Assembly (NCBI GenBank): GCA_046758365.1
Contig: JBHIAC010000077.1
Span: 1-15,772 of the forward strand
DNA length: 15,772 nucleotides
DNA from: a bacterium
GTDB lineage: Bacteria; Zhuqueibacterota; Zhuqueibacteria; Oceanimicrobiales; Oceanimicrobiaceae
Direction: 5' to 3'
Positions 1 to 5,602 of the stretch are shown in pieces. Within the stretch, counting starts at the first letter, position 1, and every line of letters starts with the position of its first letter. Both the position numbers and the translations under genes were made by a program. Under the pieces are notes generated by a model. That model was not told the origin of the DNA, ran no database searches, and was given only the letters and a program-made list of their open reading frames with translations.

Positions 1-543
1 GTATGCGCAGATGTTAGAAAAATAGAGGCGACCCGAATTGTTGACGCTTCTAAAAGACGTCTTCCGCTTCAAAAGAAAATTGGCGCGGGTCTTAAACCAG
101 ACGAGTTCAGACGTTGGGTGAACAAAGGCAAATTAGGGCACATTGGGTTGGTTGAATCCTTAGTAGCCGTAGCCACACGTTTGGAATTTGAAATCGACGA
201 AATCAAAGAAACCATCGATCCAAAAATCGCTGACAGAACCATTGAAACGCCTTATTTAAAAGTTAAACCTGAAGAAGTTGCCGGTATTTTACACGTTGCA
301 AGGGCGATGAAAAATGGTGAAGAACTCATTAAATTGGAATTGCAAATGTATGTCGGGGCGGATAAACAATTTGACAGTATAATTATTGAAGGAGATCCGC
401 CAATCCAGTTGAAAGTCGAAGGCGGCATTTTCGGAGACACCGCCACAATAGCCAGAATGGTAAACGCAATTCCTATTGTTTGTAAAGCAAATTCAGGGTT
501 AATTACAGCCATGGATCTGCCGATGTCGTTTTGCATTAAATAG
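1..543 (+). CDS. NAD(P)H-dependent amine dehydrogenase / 2,4-diaminopentanoate dehydrogenase-like (dihydrodipicolinate reductase-related) protein, C-terminal part; 5' end lies outside the window
   Basis: Frame 1 is open from base 1 (VCADVRKIEATRIVDASKRRLPLQKKIGAGLKPDEF...) and continues into the 118..543 ORF. Recognised family motifs: RxVDAxxRRxPLQxKIGAG, GHIGLxES and GGIxGDxATxAxxVNxIP. The GTG at 118 is internal. Confidence 0.75.
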   Translation, partial: VCADVRKIEATRIVDASKRRLPLQKKIGAGLKPDEFRRWVNKGKLGHIGLVESLVAVATRLEFEIDEIKETIDPKIADRTIETPYLKVKPEEVAGILHVARAMKNGEELIKLELQMYVGADKQFDSIIIEGDPPIQLKVEGGIFGDTATIARMVNAIPIVCKANSGLITAMDLPMSFCIK

Positions 544-563
544 AAAAGTAAATGGAGATATCT

Positions 564-854
564 ATGGGTTCGAAACTTCTAACCATTACTATTGGCTCCC
601 TTGTTATTATATGGTTCATTGATTTGTTTACAATGTGGTACGCAAAATTTCTTAAACGATGGATGCCAAATATAAAATTAAGAGTGCTTTTAAGTCAATT
701 GATATGGGCCATTTTAGCCGTAAGCTTTTGGACTACCCTGTATCGAAATCATCTACCTGAAACGTTCAGTCTTACCTATTTTTTCTTTGTGCTCTTTATT
801 TACAGTGTTCGGGGACTTGTGGAATCATTAATTAAAGGACGAATGCAAAAATAA
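564..854 (+). CDS. Small hypothetical integral membrane protein (about 3 hydrophobic helices)
   Basis: ORF 552..854 has three hydrophobic segments (LLTITIGSLVIIWFIDLFTMW; VLLSQLIWAILAVSFW; FSLTYFFFVLFIYSV). GGAG at 554-557 favours the ATG at 564. It follows closely on the upstream gene. Confidence 0.6.
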   Translation: MGSKLLTITIGSLVIIWFIDLFTMWYAKFLKRWMPNIKLRVLLSQLIWAILAVSFWTTLYRNHLPETFSLTYFFFVLFIYSVRGLVESLIKGRMQK

Positions 855-900
855 TTTGAAAGTAAAGAAGATACTGTTTATAAGAGAGAGGTGTTTTTAT

Positions 901-929
901 TTGATTTTTACCACTTTTATTATTACATT
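901..929 (+). promoter_or_regulatory. Putative sigma70 promoter for the CNNM/CorC gene
   Basis: TTGATT (901-906), 17-nt spacer, TACATT (924-929), in an AT-rich gap upstream of ATG 964. Confidence 0.4.
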
Positions 930-963
930 TAAATGATTTATTTAGGATGAAATACAATAATAG

Positions 964-2286
964 ATGGAACAAATTTTCCAGATATTTTTAATTTTCTTTT
1001 TTGTATTTCTAAACGGCTTCTTTGTTTCTGCGGAATTTGCTATTGTAAAAGTTCGTACTTCTCGAATCGATCAGCGCGCTGCTAAAGGGGCATTAAGAGC
1101 TAAAATTGCAAAACAAATCCTCCAGAGTTTAGACGCTTACCTTTCCGCTTGTCAAGTGGGAATCACTTTGGCAAGTCTTGCATTAGGTTGGTTGGGCGAG
1201 CCCTATTTGGCGCACCAACTTCAACCAATATTTAAATTTTTAGGTATAAAATCCGAAGCAGCACTTCATAGTTTTGCCTTTGGCGTCGCCTTTGGGATTA
1301 TTACCTACCTTCATATTGTGCTTGGCGAGATGGCCCCCAAATCTCTTTCCATTCGACTTGCAGAAAAAACCACCCTATGGATTGCTATTCCACTGCATAT
1401 TTTTTACAAAATTTTTATCCCGTTTATTTGGCTTTTAAATCACTCCGCCTTATTTCTGCTCAAACTCCTTGGCATCAAACTAGCCACTGAAAGTGAATTG
1501 GCACATTCAGAGGAAGAATTAAAGCTAATATTTGCGCACTCAGCTAAAAGTGGTCAGCTCACTGGCAGTGAAGTGGAGATTATGGAGAATGTTTTAGCTT
1601 TACATGGTAAAATGGCCAAGCAGATCATGATTCCTAGAACGGCTATTTCTTATCTCTCAACCACTAACACCTTCTCGGAAAACCTTCGTATAATTGAAGA
1701 GAGCCAACATACACGATATCCTCTTTGTGAGGGTGATTTAGACCATGTCTTAGGTATGGTGCATATTAAGGATGTTTTCGCCTCTACTACCCGCGGTGAA
1801 AAAGGGCTGCGAATGATTAAACTAAAACGAGATGTTCTGTTCTATCCCGAAACCATTGCCCTTGATGACCTATTCCGAGAATTTCAGCGGACCAAGCTCC
1901 ATATGGCCATTTTAATTGATGAATATGGTGGTACCACTGGCATCGTCACCTTAGAAGACGTTCTTGAAGAATTGGTGGGTGAAATTTATGATGAATTTGA
2001 CCAACCGATACCTTTCATCCGTCAGGTCGGAAAGCGTGAATATCTTGTCGATGGTCTTTGTCCTGTTAATGTTTGCGAGGAGAAACTAAACATTCGCTTC
2101 CCAGAATTTGATGTTGAAACGATTGGGGGTATTGTCTTTGGTATGATTGGACATATACCAAAACCCGGCTATAAACATAATTTTGAACATGGGTCTTTTA
2201 TTGTTGAAGTCATAGACCGCCAGAGAATTGCTAAGATCCGATTGGTATTAGAAGATCAAAAACCTGCTAAACAAAAAACTGGATAA
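964..2286 (+). CDS. CNNM/CorC-HlyC family ('hemolysin family') membrane protein, DUF21-CBS-CBS-CorC_HlyC; probable Mg2+/Co2+ transport-related
   Basis: N-terminal NGFFVSAEFAIV, QVGITLASLALGWLGEP and HIVLGEMAPK (DUF21). CBS pair: IMIPR, HTRYPLC, HMAILIDEYGGTTGIVTLEDVLEELVGEIYDEFD. C-terminal CorC domain with ETIGG. Confidence 0.93.
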   Translation: MEQIFQIFLIFFFVFLNGFFVSAEFAIVKVRTSRIDQRAAKGALRAKIAKQILQSLDAYLSACQVGITLASLALGWLGEPYLAHQLQPIFKFLGIKSEAALHSFAFGVAFGIITYLHIVLGEMAPKSLSIRLAEKTTLWIAIPLHIFYKIFIPFIWLLNHSALFLLKLLGIKLATESELAHSEEELKLIFAHSAKSGQLTGSEVEIMENVLALHGKMAKQIMIPRTAISYLSTTNTFSENLRIIEESQHTRYPLCEGDLDHVLGMVHIKDVFASTTRGEKGLRMIKLKRDVLFYPETIALDDLFREFQRTKLHMAILIDEYGGTTGIVTLEDVLEELVGEIYDEFDQPIPFIRQVGKREYLVDGLCPVNVCEEKLNIRFPEFDVETIGGIVFGMIGHIPKPGYKHNFEHGSFIVEVIDRQRIAKIRLVLEDQKPAKQKTG

Positions 2287-2444
2287 TTAAATTGGTAAAA
2301 ATCCCATACCTATTGTGATACCGTGTCACCAGGTGATAGAAAACGAAGGTTCTTTAGGCGGATAGGCTGGGGGCTTCAGTACAAAAAGGCGTTGCTAAAA
2401 CTTGAAGGTGTAAAATTTCCGTTTATTCAAAGGGAGATAAGATC

Positions 2445-2936
2445 ATGGCAGATGAAATTTCCAAGGATAAAGAAATATCCCTATATTTGGTGCAACATGG
2501 TGAGGCCAAGTCCAAGGCCGAAGATCCTGAACGATCTCTAACAAAACGCGGCAGAAAGGTGGTGGAACAGATGGCATCGTGGGCGGCTCGTGTAGGTCTA
2601 AATGTGGAACAGATTCGCCATAGCGGTAAACGTCGGGCTGAGGAAACTGCCGCGATCTTTGGTCAGCACCTTAAGGTACCAGAAGGGGTAATTTCTGTTT
2701 CAGGTTTAGCTCCAAACGATAATGTCCATCCAATGGTGGAAAGCTTGGAGAAGGAAACCAGCACGGTGATGCTCATCAGCCATTTGCCGTTTTTAAGCCG
2801 ACTGGCTAGCCAACTCCTTATCCAAGATCCTGATCGAGCCATAATTCGCTTCTCTATGGGTGGTTTGGTTTGGTTGCTACACAAACAGGAGCAGTGGACT
2901 GTGAAATGCTTAGTCCCACCAGACTTGCTACCCTAA
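2445..2936 (+). CDS. sixA: Phosphohistidine phosphatase SixA family
   Basis: LYLVQHGEA (variant of RHG), ERSLTxRG, HSGKRRAEETA and MLISHLP match the SixA histidine-phosphatase layout. Shine-Dalgarno AAGGGAG lies upstream of ATG 2445. Confidence 0.88.
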   Translation: MADEISKDKEISLYLVQHGEAKSKAEDPERSLTKRGRKVVEQMASWAARVGLNVEQIRHSGKRRAEETAAIFGQHLKVPEGVISVSGLAPNDNVHPMVESLEKETSTVMLISHLPFLSRLASQLLIQDPDRAIIRFSMGGLVWLLHKQEQWTVKCLVPPDLLP

Positions 2937-3036
2937 ACGTCTCTGATGGAATAAAGCATGATCGTAACAGTTATTCTGAAATAAGCTAATTACCCTTCAT
3001 CTCCACTCAAAGTAACCATTATTTTCATTCGAAGCC

Positions 3037-4407
3037 TTAAGTTTTTTGCGTAAGAGTACAGGGTAAATTCACCGTAAACGTTGTGCCTTTCCCAACCTCA
3101 CTCTCAACCTCAATGGTACCATGGTGGTCTTCTACGATCCTGTAGGTAATAGATAGACCAAGGCCCGTCCCTATGCCCACCCCTTTCGTGGTAAATCCAG
3201 GATCATAAATTTTGCTTATATTTTCTGACGGTATACCCACTCCTGTATCGCTAATTTGCACATGAATCTGGCCACCCTCGAAGTGGGTACGAATCCTGAT
3301 CTGTCCTTTCCCCTCTATGGCCTGACACGCATTCACCAAAAGATTCATAAAGACCTGGTTTAACTGACTGGCATAGCAGCGCAGCAATGGAATCTCTCCA
3401 TATTCTTTAATAATCTCGACCCGATCTCGACACAGATGTCCAATTAGGGAAAGCGTACTATCAATGCCCTCATGAATTTCTACAGTCTTATATTCTTCCT
3501 CATCAAGACGGGCAAAATTACGTAGCGTTTTCACAATTTCCGTAATCCGCTCGCAGGCGGTTTTATTGACCCACGAAAGATTGTCTAGTATCTCTAAAGT
3601 CTTCTTGATATCAGCCGTGGATTCATTAGACAGGTTGAGTCTTTGTTGCAATTGTTCAAAACCCCTCAGGAACATGTCGATGTTGCTGTTGATTGAGCCT
3701 AAAGGGGTGTTTATCTCGTGGGCAATGCCGGCTACAAGCAAACCCAAAGAAGCCATCTTTTCGGAGCGAATCAACTGGAGTTGGGTATTCTTAAGTTCTT
3801 GGTTAGCATTTGTTAGCTCTTTATTTTTTTGATTTAGCTCATTGGTTCTATTATCTACAAGTTTTTCTAGATTCGTGTTTAGGTTTTCAATTTCAAGGTA
3901 GCTTTTTGCATTCTCAATAGCAATACCAGCAAGATTCGCAAAAGCCTCGAGGAAGAAAAGGTCTTCTTTTTTGAAGAAATGTTTAGTATTCGTGGTGTCA
4001 AGATAAATAGTGCCAATAAGCTGATTTCTTGACCGCAGGGGGACGCAAATAACCGACTTGATTTTGTAGCGAACCAGACTTGAACTTATATCTCCCCCTT
4101 TAGTTTCTGGGACTCTCTGCAGAAGTACTGGCTGTCCCTCGCTCTCAACTCTTTTTATGATCGTATGGCTCCATTTAACCACATCCTCAATCGTCCGTTT
4201 GTCCATTGCACGAGCTACTTCTACTGAAAATTCTCCAGAATCCAGATCACGCAAAAGAATCAGACCCTTTTCAGCATGTAAAAGCTGTATGGCCAAATCC
4301 ATGATTTCATCCAGAAGTTTATGAAGATTGAGCTGAGAATTAATCTTCCTACTCACTTCATACAAAGTTATCAGTTGAGCAAAGTTTATGTTACTTTCAG
4401 TTCCCAT
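3037..4407 (-). CDS. Cytoplasmic sensor histidine kinase, GAF - coiled coil - HisKA - HATPase_c
   Basis: N-terminal GAF (SVICVPL...IGTIYLD...F..EDL..LEAFANLAGIAIENA). H-box GIAHEINTPLG, N-box LNQVFMNLLVNACQA, G1 DTGVGI, F/G2 PGFTTKGVGIGTGLGL. No transmembrane helix. The ORF track starts at TTG 4419; the ATG at 4407, 4 nt after the upstream stop, is preferred. Confidence 0.93.
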   Translation of the reverse strand: MGTESNINFAQLITLYEVSRKINSQLNLHKLLDEIMDLAIQLLHAEKGLILLRDLDSGEFSVEVARAMDKRTIEDVVKWSHTIIKRVESEGQPVLLQRVPETKGGDISSSLVRYKIKSVICVPLRSRNQLIGTIYLDTTNTKHFFKKEDLFFLEAFANLAGIAIENAKSYLEIENLNTNLEKLVDNRTNELNQKNKELTNANQELKNTQLQLIRSEKMASLGLLVAGIAHEINTPLGSINSNIDMFLRGFEQLQQRLNLSNESTADIKKTLEILDNLSWVNKTACERITEIVKTLRNFARLDEEEYKTVEIHEGIDSTLSLIGHLCRDRVEIIKEYGEIPLLRCYASQLNQVFMNLLVNACQAIEGKGQIRIRTHFEGGQIHVQISDTGVGIPSENISKIYDPGFTTKGVGIGTGLGLSITYRIVEDHHGTIEVESEVGKGTTFTVNLPCTLTQKT

Positions 4408-4411
4408 CTTT

Positions 4412-4903
4412 TTAGGCAAAAGTTTTCAAAATATCACGATGGAGGCCTTGCAAGTCCGAGTAGGCTCGCTGAATCTCATTTACTTTGGATTGAAGTTCTT
4501 GCAGAAGTTTTTTCTTCTCTAAACCGTTTCTAATTACAATTTTGAGATCGTCGTTATCCCAAGGTTTTTCGATATACTGGTATAAACCTACATCATTGAT
4601 GGCTTTAATGGCATTCTCCTTGTCTGCATACCCAGTTAGGATAATACGGGTCGCCTGTGGGTGGATTTCTTTTACTTTACCTAGAAAGGTGATCCCGTCC
4701 ATATCTGGCATAAGATAGTCAGATATAACTAGATCTATTGGTTTCTCTTGAACAAACTTGAGCGCCTCCTTGGGGGATGTGAAGGTTACGACCTCATAGT
4801 CAGATTCAAGTAGTAGAAATGAACTTAAGCTGGTTAACACCATCTCTTCATCATCGAGAATAAGAACACGTGGTTGGTCGAATTGTCCTGTATTCTGAGG
4901 CAT
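4412..4903 (-). CDS. Response regulator: receiver domain plus short C-terminal coiled coil, no DNA-binding output
   Basis: ILDDEE, phosphoacceptor in ISDYLMPDMDG, LTGY and EKPW. C-terminal KKLLQELQSKVNEIQRAYSDL helix. SD AAGGGAG at 4911-4917 (minus strand). Confidence 0.93.
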   Translation of the reverse strand: MPQNTGQFDQPRVLILDDEEMVLTSLSSFLLLESDYEVVTFTSPKEALKFVQEKPIDLVISDYLMPDMDGITFLGKVKEIHPQATRIILTGYADKENAIKAINDVGLYQYIEKPWDNDDLKIVIRNGLEKKKLLQELQSKVNEIQRAYSDLQGLHRDILKTFA

Positions 4904-4990
4904 AGAATTACTCCCTTAAACTATAAAATATTATTGATGACGTTGGTGTACAAACAGGATAATTTCAACTTTTAGCAATCTTAATTTCAA

Positions 4991-5058
4991 TATTTAGGAC
5001 GTGGGATTTTTATCCCGTCAGATAAATATCCTACGGGATGTATCCAACGGCCTGAACA
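4991..5058. repeat. Imperfect nested palindrome (REP/MITE-like or RNA hairpin) in the gap between the cNMP-binding and response regulator genes
   Basis: Inner arms ATCCCGT (5012-5018) and ACGGGAT (5033-5039) are perfectly complementary. Outer arms TTAGGACGTGGGAT and ATCCAACGGCCTGA are complementary at 11 of 14 positions. Confidence 0.6.
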
Positions 5059-5145
5059 ACTTAAAATTTTTAGGCTCCTACCTTTTTGCACCTACGTCAT
5101 TGATGTTTCTTTATTAACAAGGCTTGAATGAAATCATTCTATTCA

Positions 5146-5586
5146 CTATGGTATAAGATTTTCTGCTCCAATGCGTTCAACCAAAGCTCTGAGGCGGCGC
5201 GCAAGCACTCTCAAAACCGCCTCAGCGATACGTACGTGATCAGAAAGCAGTTCAAAAAAATCTTCCCGGAACACTCTCAATGTTTGCGTTTCTTCGATGG
5301 CGGTTGCTGTTGCCAATCTTGGTTGGTTATCGAACAAAGACCAGGTGCCGATGGCCTCGCGCGCACCATACACAGCAATTTCTTTATCCTTGCGATGCAG
5401 CCGAACTTTACCTTCAATGATTAAATAGAGGGCATCCGCTGACTCGTTGTCTTGATAGAGATGCGCACCGGGTAAAAAGGAAACCTCCTCTGAAATGGCA
5501 GCGAGATACGATAGATCTTCGGTTCTTACTTCAGAAAAAACGTCGATGTCTTGTAGAAAAATAACTTTCTCAATAATTGAGTACAT
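5146..5586 (-). CDS. Stand-alone cyclic nucleotide-binding domain protein (Crp/Fnr-type sensor domain, no HTH)
   Basis: EKVIFLQDIDVFS N-terminal helix, LYLIIEGKV strand, phosphate-binding cassette GTWSLFDNQPRLATA, and C-helix REDFFELLSDH...LARRLR. At 146 aa it is too short to include an HTH. Confidence 0.9.
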   Translation of the reverse strand: MYSIIEKVIFLQDIDVFSEVRTEDLSYLAAISEEVSFLPGAHLYQDNESADALYLIIEGKVRLHRKDKEIAVYGAREAIGTWSLFDNQPRLATATAIEETQTLRVFREDFFELLSDHVRIAEAVLRVLARRLRALVERIGAENLIP

Positions 5587-5602
5587 TTTATTTACGGCTC
5601 AT

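Noticed and set aside
964..2286. True hemolysin or virulence factor
   Set aside because: The 'hemolysin' label for this family is historical. The DUF21-CBS-CorC architecture points to metal-ion homeostasis.
2314..2330. Canonical CRP box upstream of sixA
   Set aside because: The spacer is 7 nt rather than 6, and the local cNMP protein has no HTH. Kept only as a low-interest dyad.
2937..3036. Bidirectional terminator between the convergent sixA and kinase genes
   Set aside because: No GC-rich stem with flanking A/T tracts is visible.
4904..5145. Known riboswitch (c-di-GMP, fluoride) or intrinsic terminator in the gap
   Set aside because: I could not match the conserved motifs of these riboswitches by eye, and the hairpin has no adjacent U-tract. 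An Rfam scan would be needed to exclude them formally.
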